Below, one piece after another: positions 1 to 12,100 of a stretch of 64,000 nucleotides of DNA (position 1 is the stretch's first letter; every line of letters begins with the position of its first letter). The notes beneath the pieces are model-generated. The model was not told the DNA's origin. It saw nothing but the letters and a program-made list of their open reading frames with translations, and did no database searches. Source of the DNA: Amphiscolops sp. MND2022 (taxonomy: Eukaryota). Position numbers and translations under genes: made by a program. Location: NCBI GenBank assembly GCA_964187785.1, contig OZ076409.1:98706001-98770000 (forward strand), in the 5' to 3' direction.

Positions 1-1092
1 GGCATCGACTACATGCATTGTGTCCTTTTGGGTTGTTTTCAGGAGATTCTGAAATTTTTTTGGAAATTGATGAGCACCCATATGAAAAATGTGATAGCTG
101 CAGAGACCAATCGAATGCGCGCTCCCCTGGAATTGGTGAAGCATGGCCGCAATATTCGTGATCTTTTCCAGATCGCAAACTTCAAAGCCAATGAGTACTT
201 CAACTATCTTCTCTTTTTGAGTCCCATAATCTTCAAGGATCGGTTGTCTGATAGTATGTACAACCAACTTCTATATCTTGTCTTTGGAATTAGACTTCTT
301 TTGGAGTCGAACGATGAAAAAGAAATATCGATTGCCGAACGCTTGCTGGACATGTTTTGCCGGAATATTACCAGCGTTTATCAATGCGAAACTGCAGAAA
401 CCATGAATGTTCACTGCCTGAGACATCTGGCACATCAATGTCGCTCATTTGGACCGCTGTTTGTTTTCTCTGCCATGTCATTTGAATCGGCGAACAGAAT
501 CCTCAGCCAGTGTTTCTCGGGAACTCATTCTCATTGTGCTGTGATATGCCGTCGTTATTTGGAGGAACACGAGCTAGCTTGTACACCACTTGACGAAGAT
601 GGAGCAACTGAGTTGCTACGAGAATGGTCGAGTGTTAACGATATTTCGGGGAAAAACTTTTCGAGAGACGTTTTACCATCACCCGAGATCGAGCGCTGCA
701 GAAACCTTTTTCCGGATGCAACAATTTTTTCACGATTCATCGTCGACGGGATCTTTTTCGACTCCAGTTGCTACAGAAGATGTCCGGCTGGGCCTAACAG
801 CTACGTCCATGTCGCACCATACGACGGAAGTATCTTTGGCCAGGTTGTTTACTTTGTCATGATGGGTACAGAAAGCTTGATGTCAGGCCTTACTTTCGCT
901 CAAATAAAACTACTCAAATCTCAAAAGGCGCTATTTTTGCCTGAATGCCCCGACTCACAGTTCTTCTATGAAGTTGAATTCACCGGCGAGCAAGATATGG
1001 TGGAAGCTGCTGGTTTCAAAAAAAAGTTCTGCATGAAAACAGGAGAAAAAATGTTCCTTGCATCAGTCCCGCAGTTCCTTGATCATAAATGA
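1..1092 (+). CDS. CACTA/EnSpm (CMC superfamily)-type transposase, C-terminal part; ORF open at window start
   Basis: Frame is open from base 1 (GIDYMHCVLLG). Motifs D-YMH-x-LLG, FKANE, NVH-x-L-x-HL...FGPL...SAMSFES-x-N are typical of animal CACTA/Mirage-like transposases. Confidence 0.75.
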   Translation, partial: GIDYMHCVLLGCFQEILKFFWKLMSTHMKNVIAAETNRMRAPLELVKHGRNIRDLFQIANFKANEYFNYLLFLSPIIFKDRLSDSMYNQLLYLVFGIRLLLESNDEKEISIAERLLDMFCRNITSVYQCETAETMNVHCLRHLAHQCRSFGPLFVFSAMSFESANRILSQCFSGTHSHCAVICRRYLEEHELACTPLDEDGATELLREWSSVNDISGKNFSRDVLPSPEIERCRNLFPDATIFSRFIVDGIFFDSSCYRRCPAGPNSYVHVAPYDGSIFGQVVYFVMMGTESLMSGLTFAQIKLLKSQKALFLPECPDSQFFYEVEFTGEQDMVEAAGFKKKFCMKTGEKMFLASVPQFLDHK

Positions 1093-1479
1093 TATGCATC
1101 CAATTGTGGAGCATTTGAACCCTATCGAATTGAATTTAGTCACCTCACTATCGGAATCAAGATAATTGTTTTTCTCCCTGGTGTACCTATATTGATTGAT
1201 GTTCTTGTTGTTGACAATATAACTGGAATGAAATTTGTATGTTTTTTAATCGACAAAGACGGTCTTTAGTCTTCATTTTCTTAAGTTTACTTTTACCTTT
1301 CCCGGTTTCTTTTTTTAAGTCGTTGCTTTAAGCAATAAAACGCCATTGTCGTAGTGTCTTCTCGTTCTTTTTTTCAAACAAGACGAAGGATTGTGCCTCA
1401 TGCCGATTTATGAAGGTATTAGGAAGTTTTACCATTTGATCTAGTAAGTTCAACTATAGTAGTTATAGTTTCTGAAATG

Positions 1480-3783
1480 GTTGAAAAGTTGCCACTGGCA
1501 GACTTTCTTCGTCAAAACCAATATGTCCGAAAATTTCTATTTTGGAATTGTGTTTTAAAGCATGTCCTTTTTCATCGGAAGGTTGTACTGGTGTCAGTTT
1601 TTTCTATGATGTTTTGAATGTTTTTTCTGGGACCCTCGAAGGTCACGTTCCCGTCCTGGGTCCTGTCAAGTGTGGTTTTGCAGAACCGCACGAGCTGGGC
1701 ACCTCCAAAACTTCATCATAAGGACACATATGGTTGCCACTGGCAGACTTTGTCTGTCTAAACCATTATGTCCGACATTTTGTAATTGTGTAATTGTAAT
1801 TTTTGATCATGTTCTTTATGCGTCGCAAGTTTGTACATGTGTCAGTTTTTTCTATGATGTTTTATATGATTTTTTTCTGGGACCCTTGGAGGTCACGTTC
1901 CCACCGTGGGTCCTGTCAAAAGTTGTTTTTCCGGAACCAAACGAGCTGAAAGGCTCCAAAACTTCTTCATAAGGACACATATGGTTTCCACTGGCAGACT
2001 TTGTCTGTCTAAACCATTAAGTCCGACAATTTTTGTTTGTAGAATTGTGTTTTGAATCATGTCTTTTTGCATCGGAAGGTTGTATGTGTCTCAGTTTATT
2101 CTTTGACGTTTTGAATGTTTTTTTGGGACCCTTGCAGGTCAAGTTCCCGTCGTGGGTCATGTCAACTGTGGGTTTTCAGTGTCACACGATCTGAGGGGCT
2201 GCAAAGTTTCATCATTAGGACACATATGGTGGCCACTGGCAGACTTTGTTTGTCAAAACCATCAAACCCGACATTTTGTAATTGTGTAAATGTTCTTTGA
2301 ATCACGTTCTTTTTGCACCGGAAGGTTGTACGTGTGTCAGTTTATTCTATGTGACGTTTTCAATGTTTTTTCTGGGACCATTTGAGGTCACGTTCCCGTC
2401 GTGGGTCCTGTCAAGTGTGGTTTCTCAGTGTCACTCGACCTGAGCGCCTCCAAAATTGCATCATAAGGTCACATATGGTTGCCACTAGCAGACTTTGCCT
2501 GTCAGAACTATTATGTCCGACCTTTTCTACTTGTGGAATTGTAATTTTTGATCATGTTCTTTATGCATCGGCAATTTGTACATGTGTCAGTTTTTTCTAT
2601 GATGTTTTAAATGATTTTTTCTGGGACCCTCGGAGGTCACGTTCCCATCGTGGGTCCTGTCAAATATTGTTGTTCAGAACCAAACGAGCTGAAAGCCTCC
2701 AAAACTTCATCATAAGGACACATATGGTTGCCACTGGCAGACTTTGTCTGTCTAAACCATTATGTCCGACATTTTGTAATTTTGGTTCATCTTATTCTAT
2801 GATGTTTCGAATGTTTTTTCCGGGACCCTCGGGCGTCACGTTCCCGTCGTGGGTCCTGTCAATTGTGGTGTTTCAGATCCACACGAGTTGAGAGCCTCCA
2901 AAACTTCATCATAAGCAAACATATGGTTGCCACTGGCACACTTTGTCTGTCAAAACCAAAATGTCCGACATTTTCTAATTTTGGAATTGTGTTTTGAAAC
3001 ATGTGCTTTTTTCATCGGAGGGTTGTACTTGTGTCAGTTTATTCTATGATGTTTTGCATGTTTTTTCTGGGACCCTCGGAGGTCACGTTCCCGTCGTGGG
3101 TCCTGTCAAGTGTAGTTTTTTGGAACCACACGAGCTGAGAGCCTCCAAAACTTCATCATAAGGACACATATGGTTGCCACTGGCAGACTTTGTCTGTCAA
3201 AACCGCTGTGTCCGACAATTTCTAATTGTAGAATTGTGTTTTGAAGCAATTGCTTTTTTAATCGGAGGGTTGTACTTGTGTCAGTTTATTCTATGATGTT
3301 TTGCATGTTTTTTTCTGGGACCCTCGGAGGTCACGTTCCCGTCGTGGGTCCTGTCAAGTGTGGTTTTTCGGAACCACACGAGCTGAGAGCCTCCAAAACT
3401 TCATCATAAGGACACATATGGTTGCCACTGGCAGACTTTGTCTGTCAAAACCGCTGTGTCCGACAATTTCTAATTGTAGAATTGTGTTTTGAAGCAATTG
3501 CTTTTTTCATCGGAGGGTTGTACTTGTGTCAGTTTATTCTATGATGTTTTGCATGTTTTTTCTGGGACCCTCGGAGGTCACGTTCCCGTCGTGGGTCCTG
3601 TCAAGTGTGGTTTTTCGGAACCACACGAGCTGAGAGCCTCCAAAACTTTATCATAAGGACACATATGGTTGCCACTGGCAGACTTTGTCTGTCAAAACCA
3701 CTGTGTCCGACAATTTCTAATTGTAGAATTGTGTTTTAAATCATGCTGTTTTGGCATCGGAAGGTTGTACGTGTGTCAGTTTA
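1480..3783. repeat. Tandem array of ~240-bp units (about 9-10 copies)
   Basis: Recurring blocks GGGACCCTCGGAGGTCACGTTCCCGTCGTGGGTCCTGTCAA and CATAAGGACACATATGGTTGCCACTGGCAGACTTTGTC; the last copies are nearly identical. Confidence 0.95.
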
Positions 3784-4518
3784 TCCCAAAAACTAGATAG
3801 GTAGGATTTTCACCATTTTTGGGGGTATTTTTGTTAATTTTTCCACCCGAAAACTAGATTTTGTAGTCAAATTATTTTAATAATTCATTGATTTTTGTGT
3901 ATCCAAATATAGATCTCAATTGTACTCAAGAGTAGATATAAATCCCGTGGCTTTCTCAAAATTTGCGCTCTTTTCAGGCTTTTTTGTTACCATTTTTGGG
4001 TGAAAGTTCGTTAATTGTTCCACCCAAAAACAAGATTTTATAGGAGTATTATTTTCATAATTCATTGATTTTAGTGTATCCAAATATAGTGATATGAATT
4101 GTATTCACTAATAGATTTGAATCCTATGATTTCCACAAAATTTGCGCTCTTTTAAGGTGTTTTTGGCTGATAATTCGTTAATTTTTGTCTATAATTCTGT
4201 TAAATTTCTGCCGATTTTTGCTGGACCTGCATCATCATTGTACCCTCGGTAGAACAATCGGTGACCACCGGTGGAACTACGGTGACCACCGGTGGAATCT
4301 TCGGTGGGCCACCGGTGGTACTGTGAGTACCTCCATCGGGGGTCCACCGGTGGCCACCGCAAAATCTGCGGATGCCACCGCAGTGGTCCACCGGTGGGGC
4401 TTTGGTGGAACATCGGTGACCACCGGTGGACTGCGGTTGATTTCCAACCCGGGTAGGTATCAATTTTTCCGCTGCCTAAAATTGAACTTTGAGTGGGGTT
4501 GTACATTGGAATGGTAAA

Positions 4519-5931
4519 CTATAGGGGGTGTTACCTAGATGGGTCAGCAACTAGGGGTCGTGACCTGGAAGGGTCATCTAGGGGGTGTTACCTTCAAGGG
4601 TCAGCAACTAGGGGTGGTGCCTGGAAGGGTCAACTAGGGGTCGTGACCTGGAAGGGTCATCTAGGGGGTGTTAGCTTCAAGGGCCAGCAAATAGGGGTCG
4701 TGACCTGGAAGGGTCATCTAGGGGGTGTTACCTTCAAGGGTCAGCAACTAGGGGGTGTTACCTGGAAAGGTCAACTAGGGGGTGGTGCCTGGAAGGGTCA
4801 ACTAGGGGGTGTTATCGTCAAGGGTCAGCAACTAGGGGGTGTTACCTGGAAAGGTCAACTAGGGGGTGGTGCCTGGAAGGGTCAACTAGGGGGTGTTACA
4901 TTCAAGGGTCAGCAACAAGGGGGTGTTACCTGGAAGGGTCAACTAGGGGGTGGTGCCTGGAAGGGTCAACTAGGGGGTGTTACCTTCAAGGGTCAGCAAC
5001 TAGGGGGTGTTACCTGGAAAGGTCAACTAGGGGGTGGTGCCTGGAAGGGTCAACTAGAGGGTGTTACCTTCAAGGGTCAGCAACTAGGGGGTGTTACCTT
5101 CAAGGGTCAGCAACCAGGGGGTGCTACCTGGAAGGGTCAACTAGGGGGTGTTACCTGGAAAGGTCAACTAGGGGTCGTGACCTGGAAGGGTCAACTAGGG
5201 GGTGTTACCTTCAAGGTTCAGCTACTAGAGGGTGTTACCTGGGAGGGTCAACTAGAGGGTCTTACCTTCAAGGGTCAGCAACTAGGGGGTGCTACCTGGA
5301 AGGGTCAACTAGGGGGTGTTACCTGGAAAGGTTAACTAGGGGGTGGTGCCTGGAAGGGTCAACTAGGGGGTGTTACCTTCAAGGGTCAGCAACTAGGGGG
5401 TGTTACCTTCAAGGGTCAGCAACTAGGGGGTGCTACCTGGAAGGGTCAACTAGGGGGTGTTACCTGGAAAGGTCAACTAGGGGTCGTGACCTGGAAGGGT
5501 CAACTAGGGGGTGTTACCTTCAAGGTTCAGCTACTAGAGGGTGTTACCTGGAAGGGTCAACTAGAGGGTGTTACCTTCAAGGGTCAGCAACTAGAGGGTG
5601 TTACCTTCAAGGGTCAGCAACTAGAGGGTTTTACCTGGAAGGGTCAACTAGGGGGTCATGACCTGGAAGGGTCAACTAGGGGGTGTTACCTTCAAGGGTC
5701 AGCAACTAGGGGTCGTGACCTGGAAGGGTCATCTAGGGGGTGTTACCTGGAAGGGTCAACTAGGGGGTGTTACCTTCAAGGGTCAGCAACTAGAGGGTGT
5801 TACCTTCAAGGGTCAGCAACAAGGGGGTGTTACCTGGAAGGGTCAACTAGGGGGTCGTGACCTGGAAGGGTCAACTAGAGGGTGTTACCTGGAAGGGTCA
5901 GCAACTACTAGAGGGTGTTACCTGGAAGGGT
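4519..5931. repeat. Minisatellite of 21/24-bp units (CTAGGGGGTGTTACCTGGAAGGGTCA[GCA]A), roughly 60 copies, running into the opsin exon end
   Basis: Directly visible; the unit's reverse complement contains CCCTTCCAG|GTAACACCC, identical to the exon/intron junction at 5922/5921. Confidence 0.95.
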
Positions 5932-6130
5932 GGTGGAGGGAGTACACGAAGGGGTTGCAGATACAGTTGGTCTTGGCGAGGAAAGCGGGGATGGTGGAGA
6001 AGTAGGGGTTGATGTGTTGTGCACCCCAGAACTGACCCACCAGAGCAACCACTGCATAGGGCATCCAAGCCAGCAGGAACAGGGCTATGCAGATGAAGAG
6101 CGTCTTGGCCAGTTTCAGCTCCCTTTGCAC
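5922..6130 (-). CDS. Opsin exon, TM6-TM7
   Basis: Acceptor TGTCCAG|GTG (phase 0), donor AG|GTAACA (phase 2); VQRELKLAKTLF...AWMPYA...PAFLAKTNCICNPFVYSLHHPS. Confidence 0.92.
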
Positions 6131-9100
6131 CTGGACAAGAAAGTTATTTCACACTCCGCACATCAAAGGATCTTGCAAGATTCTTAGAAAAGATGTATGC
6201 TTCCTCCAGAATCCTTTGATCTTGAGAAATATCTGCAGCTGGACAAAAATGTTGAAGTTATTTCGGACTCCTCATATCAGAGGATCTTGCAAGATTTTTA
6301 GAAAAGATGTATGTTTTCTCCAAGATTCATTGATTTTGAAAAAATATTGTAAAAAAGGTAGATTTTGCAGCAGACTTGACGTATTTTTTACAGTGAAGTT
6401 GCTTAGCATACGTACATTAATTAAAATGTTTTTTTTTTGTGTGTGTGTGTGTGTTCTGTTTTATACAGTACTGTGATGAGTAAATCGTAGCACCTAGAGT
6501 TGATAGTCGTTATTACAGTTTATTTATACTCTAAAAAAGACATTTCTGGGAGTATTTGAGTTTTAAAAAAGAAACGTGAGTGAAAAAACTCTTTTTTGAT
6601 GAAATATTTAGTTTTAAATGTGAACCTGGAATTGATCACAGTATTGTATATAGGAAGTTCAAAACTATAAGAAAACTTCCGCAATGGTGGGGACTGTTTG
6701 AAAAATAACATCAAAAAATTTCCACAACGCCCAACATAACCGAAGGGCTATTTTGAAAACACCAAAGTATGGGAGTTGAGATTCTCTGCGGAATCATTTT
6801 AAATCCAAAAAGTTGCGAGCGGAAAATGCCCAAAGAAAAATCTTTTTAGGTGCGAAACCTCAATTTCTCAAGTGGAGCCGTTTAGAAATAGAACTTCAAT
6901 AAGATATGATTTTTCCCTAAAAAGCCTCGCAGTGCCAAACAAAACTTCAGTGGAGGACTCCTTAACATTGTGTACTTTGCGAAACTTGATAAAAAGTTGA
7001 GACTAGCGCGGTTTGGAAAACTTTCAAACCTTCAACTTCTTTGTTTCCCGCACTAACCACTGGGCCAAGTTGCGGAACGTGGGAGTAGACGACTGGCCAT
7101 AGTTACAGTATTTTCAGTCATAGGTTGTTGAGGTTAAAAAATTACAGAAGAACCGCGATGAAACTCAGAATTTGCATCGTCTTGAGAAAGCTACAAATAA
7201 AAGTTTTAGTTCATCATCTCATTTACTAAATTCACACTGATAATAAGATCATACAAGTGTGTGGTGGTTGGTAGACAACGAACAAAATTGTTTTTTTTTT
7301 TTAAATTGAACAAACTTTTCACCAATTTCCGTAATTACATGATTAACAAAAAATGCTCAGTATCCGAACGTTTAACGTTTTTTTCCGAATTATTTTGAGT
7401 CTCCTGCGGACCAAAACCGAAGGAATTGTTTTGAATTGCCCTTACGAAACTCTTCACGCTCATTTACGTTAATTAGTTTCCGGAGATATTTTTCAGTTCG
7501 AAGTATCATTTTCTGTCAAACAGTTGACACTGGAAACTAATAAATTTTCCGAAGACGTACGGATCGGCAAAACCTACGAAACATGTTACCGTGCCACCTC
7601 TAGTTTTTATATCAACCCGTTCAAATTGAATAAAACAGGTCTACAAATCACGCCGCAGATGTACTTTTTACCAGACAAGAGCAAAATATCCTTTTTCGAC
7701 ATTTTCACAAGATCTACGAAACTTTCGCATTTGGCACTGTGGGGATGTTTGCAGCTTACTGACGTTTGAATTAAAACTTTAAATTCCACAAACAAAATTG
7801 AGCAAAAGTTTTATGACGATTCATGTCAGTTCTGATTTGTTCGTTTTCCTTATTTTTTGACAATTTTTCTAAGCTTGAAATGCTCCTTTGTATTTTACTG
7901 TTATCGAGCGGTCTAAATGATGTGTCATAAATTGGCGGCAGTATGTTTCATCAACTGTTAGGTCTATTTTCAAATGCTGCTTGTTATGGTGCCTATTCAA
8001 TTCGTCGAACATTCAAATCGTCGAAAAATGAAAAGCTATTCAATGCGTCGAAAGAATTCCATATCAGCGATTAATTTCATTTGGTTATATTTTGTAGCGA
8101 TTAGCATATTTGTTGTATGGCTCTGTCGCTTCGCTCCCTTCCCCAAGTAGCAATATTGAGGCATGGCCATATGGCACGTCGCTCCGCTTCGCTTCGCTCC
8201 TGCATTTAGGGCACTAGGAGTATGTGAACATATCTGACTACGTTATCGTAATTTTGAATGCTCGAATTTGATTGGCCGAAATCAATTCATTCCATTACGT
8301 CATATATTGCTCGCTAAAGTAATACGTGTTCGACGAATTGAATGTTCGACGAATTGAACAGTCCCCGCTTGTTATATTTACCGCAAATTCAATTCAAAGC
8401 AACTGCAGTCACTTTATAAGTTGCAAATTAGCTTGACGTCAGCATGTTGTTTGAGTAGCGGTGATCACGTCAGTTGAGCAGTTGAGAAGCGAAAACACAG
8501 TAACGAAATAATCGAATCGACAACGCAAGAGAAAATTTTTAGCTTTGATTCAAATAATGGAAGCTGCGCTTTAATTCTTTGATGTTTTTCCATACAGGCT
8601 CCTGAAGTTTGAAACGTTTTGAAACAAATTAGCTTTCCATCTGTGGAAGTAGCTTGGAAACGTTCCAGGCTGGTTTTACTGGGTTACCATAGTAGGTAAA
8701 CAAGCCGGGAACGTCTCAAGTCGGCGCCGCCCCACTTAAGGCTCAAAAAGCGCAAAATTTTTCGAATATGCTCAGAACTTTTTTAATTGACAAACTCACA
8801 TAAAAGTGTCCTCGAAACACGCAAAGGTTTTGTGTTGGATGAAAGGGTTCGCTTGTTCTGAAACCTTCGCCTCATTTTTTCCCGCTTTGTTAAAACGCAA
8901 TCTAGTTCGGAATTAATGCAAAAAATTCTAGACAAAAAATGAGAATTTCAAAACTGTTTCATAGTCCTGAAAGTGTGAAAGGGAATTTTTTCATATCAAA
9001 CTTGTTGAAAATTATCAAAAAATTGAAGGGTGAGCAAACTGAATAAAACTTTCGTCGCTTGAGTCTGTCTTAGAAAAAAACGAGTGACTGTAATAATCGG

Positions 9101-12100
9101 GCTCTTTTATTTTAGAAAGGCGCCGACTAAAAACATCATTAAAACAAAAAAGTACAACTCAAGCAGAAAGAAAGGATTCAACTCAAATCAAACATATGAA
9201 AACAAAAACCGATTCTTACAGTGATCATTTTTGACGAATAAACCATCGCTTTCAATTCGTATTGCTTGTTCTTTGATAGAATATTGTGAAATTTGCTCCA
9301 AAAACTGATTTTTTTTCAAACTGCGACAAACAGCTTTTTGCTCACGAAACGCCCCAGAAAAAGCGAAGCCAAGTCATTCACGCAGTTGTAACAAATCAAA
9401 TTTATTAGGAGTGAAACTAATTTTGAACCATCTCGCAAGATTAACACGGAGTGAAAGAAGAAGACAAAACTTTTTTCGAGGGAGTTCAGGATCTAATTTC
9501 TATGCCAAGGAACATAAATGGTGTCTTACAAATGACAGTTTTTCCACTATACCCTTTTGAAGCACAAAACCCCCGTTTTGCCTCTTACAGAACCGGTCCC
9601 AATAAAATTAAGCCGCAATTGTCTAATTTTCCAAGACGATTCTAACAACATTTCATGTCATATTTAAATGTGCTCGGACAAATATTCGTGTTCTAATTGT
9701 ACATTTTACGGCATTCCAGCCCGAAAATAGATGTAACACGGATAGTATTAGGTATTTGTGGTTCCGTCTCAATATCATTTTGCTTAAGCCGTGCGAAATT
9801 CTCGTTCAAATGACTGATCTCAATTGAAATCTCTGATCGCATACGTTGTATTCAATTCTGGATAAAAGTCTCCGGTTCTATTCACTTCAAGGTAGTTTTC
9901 AATCACTAATATTTAAGTTCTACTCAACGGCCCTTTCCAAAAAAAACACAAGAAAAAAAAGAAATAACTGAGAAACGACTTTACAGAATCCAACATATTC
10001 GATGTGGAACTTTCGTTCGTGACAGGCAACTTCAAAGTGTGTGTATATTCTGATAACAAAAACCTTCTCTGAAATGTATCTGGAAATGTATTTGTCACCT
10101 TATAAAGCACAATCCACCTGTTACAGCTGTCTCCTTCTCGAATCAAAACAATATGAATTTGGAGTAACTGTTTTTTGAATTTAGACCTTGTGGCAATGAT
10201 TCTTTTGATTTTTTTTGAGTAAAGTTGTGTTGGTAACAACCTGTTAGTACGAGAGTTTCTTTACAGGGGTTACGTAATTGTGACAGAGTACTAAAAAGAA
10301 CAGTTACAATAAAGATAGTAATATTTTCCGACCCCATATTTTACAAATAGGGGAAGAAAATCATGATCTGTGTTGCGTATTTTTTTTCTTATTTTCCGAC
10401 CCCATATTTTACAAATAGGGGAGGAAAATTATGATGTGTGTTGCGTTTTTTTCTCCAAATTTTGCCAAAACTCCACTTTGTACTCCACTTCCTGCTCACT
10501 CTCCCTACTCACTCTCCCTACTCACTTTCCCTACTCACTCTCCATACTCACTCTCCCACCATAAAAAGTAAACTCAGCCGCCAACTCAGCAAGTAAAAAT
10601 GGGAATAAGATCTAAAGGAAATAAGATCTAAAATTCCAGGACAGGAATAAGATCTGAAGGGAATAAGATCTAAAATCACTAAATTTTAGATTTTTTTCTT
10701 TAGATCCTATTCCCCTCATAAAATAGCTATGGCTCAGTTGGTGAAAGCGAAAAGGGAGGAAAAAATCCCGATGCTTAGCGGACGTCTTGTTTACTAACAC
10801 CTGTCACAAAAGCTAGAATGAAATACATAACACTACGTTTAGTTGCTGTTGCCTTTACATCGAGATACAGTTCGTAATACATTATTATCTCCCCTTCTTT
10901 CTTTCTTCATAATCTGCTTCTCAGTAGTCTGTAACATGGCGCTGCAAGAAATTTCTACTGCGTCAATACAAAAAGAGAACCCTTCTTTGTTACCCGGGCT
11001 GCCGCTGTTCTGGTCAGATAGTACAATATCCCCGCTACTGGAATGGGAACAATGGTTTGACTTGTTCGCCGTAGCAGTCATGGCAAAAGTTTCAATCTCT
11101 ATTGAGGAGTTGACAAGAACCACGGATGAGAATAGTCCCAGGATAAAAGCACTTATCGGGGATATGGCAGAAGAAGCGGCGGAGAAAAAAGTCGTAACTT
11201 GGCTATTCTTTTCGGCGGGGGAACCGAAACATCCGGAATTGTCAGTCTGGACATTGGGAGTCCGGGATATGATCGAGAGATGCAGAAATTGCTTTCCTGT
11301 GGCACGCAATAGAACACTGGACAGGCATAAATTTCTGTCCAGGAATCAACAGAGTAATGAATCACTGTAGCAATTCTGGCACGAACTTAATGGTCTGGCA
11401 TCAAGATGTGAGTTAGGCGAAATAACCCCAAACGCTGTTGCACGACGTGTTCATCTTAAATATGAACAACAAGAAAGTTCAGGAGAACTTATGCGTAGAA
11501 CCATTTAACGACCCCCAAGATGCCCTGCAATATGCCATCTCCTACGAAGAAGGCGTCAATAGACAGAAGCCCATGGGGATAGGAGTGGCAGAAAGCTCAA
11601 AGGTGGCAATCAAGTCCGAACCGGTATGTGCGGTAAGGATCAATAAAAGGGAATGCTTTCGTTGTGGAGTAGGAAACTTCACGACAGATCTCATAAAGAA
11701 ATGCCCGGCCACCAATCACAAATGTGAATTCTGCGACATTACCGGTCACCTCGAAAAATGCTGTAATCAGAAATATCCTGAAAGAAGAAAGCAGATGAAA
11801 CAGAGACTTCAGAAAAGACGGAGAGGAATGACAAGAGTAAACTACATATCCGAAGATTCAGACGAACGAGATGACGACGAAATAGTTTTGCAGGTGAATG
11901 GTGCAGGAGCAAAACCTGATAGAAGGCCTGATGTGCGGAAAGAAATTCCAGGCTATCATCGATACTGGTTCACCGGAGTCTATCTTTGCAGTAGATGAAC
12001 TGGAACGTATCATTGGAAAACATTGGGTAGTCGTCAGAGAGATGATTGATGATGAACGATATGTAGATTTCAAAGACAGCCTCTACCGCTGTTAGGATAT

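Larger units (their letters stand above)
1..4453 (+). mobile_element. Right portion of a CACTA/CMC-like DNA transposon
   Basis: Transposase, internal satellite, clustered subterminal CCACCGGTGG palindromes (about 4260-4430), and an end at ...TTTCCAACCCGGG (4453) resembling the CCCGGG termini of the MITE at 58361-59241. Left end is outside the window. Confidence 0.6.

Noticed and set aside
1670..3492. Repeated short ORFs (IIRTHMVATGRLCLSK)
   Set aside because: Translations of the 240-bp satellite with frames broken between copies.
4460..4475. Possible last opsin exon (TTTTAG|G CAG CGG AAA AAT TGA, giving HPSRQRKN*)
   Set aside because: Phase fits but it is too short to support; the true exon may lie outside the window.
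4493..6005. Gly-rich repetitive ORFs (GQLGGVTWK)n
   Set aside because: By-product of 21/24-bp satellite units that are multiples of three; they lie antisense to the opsin.
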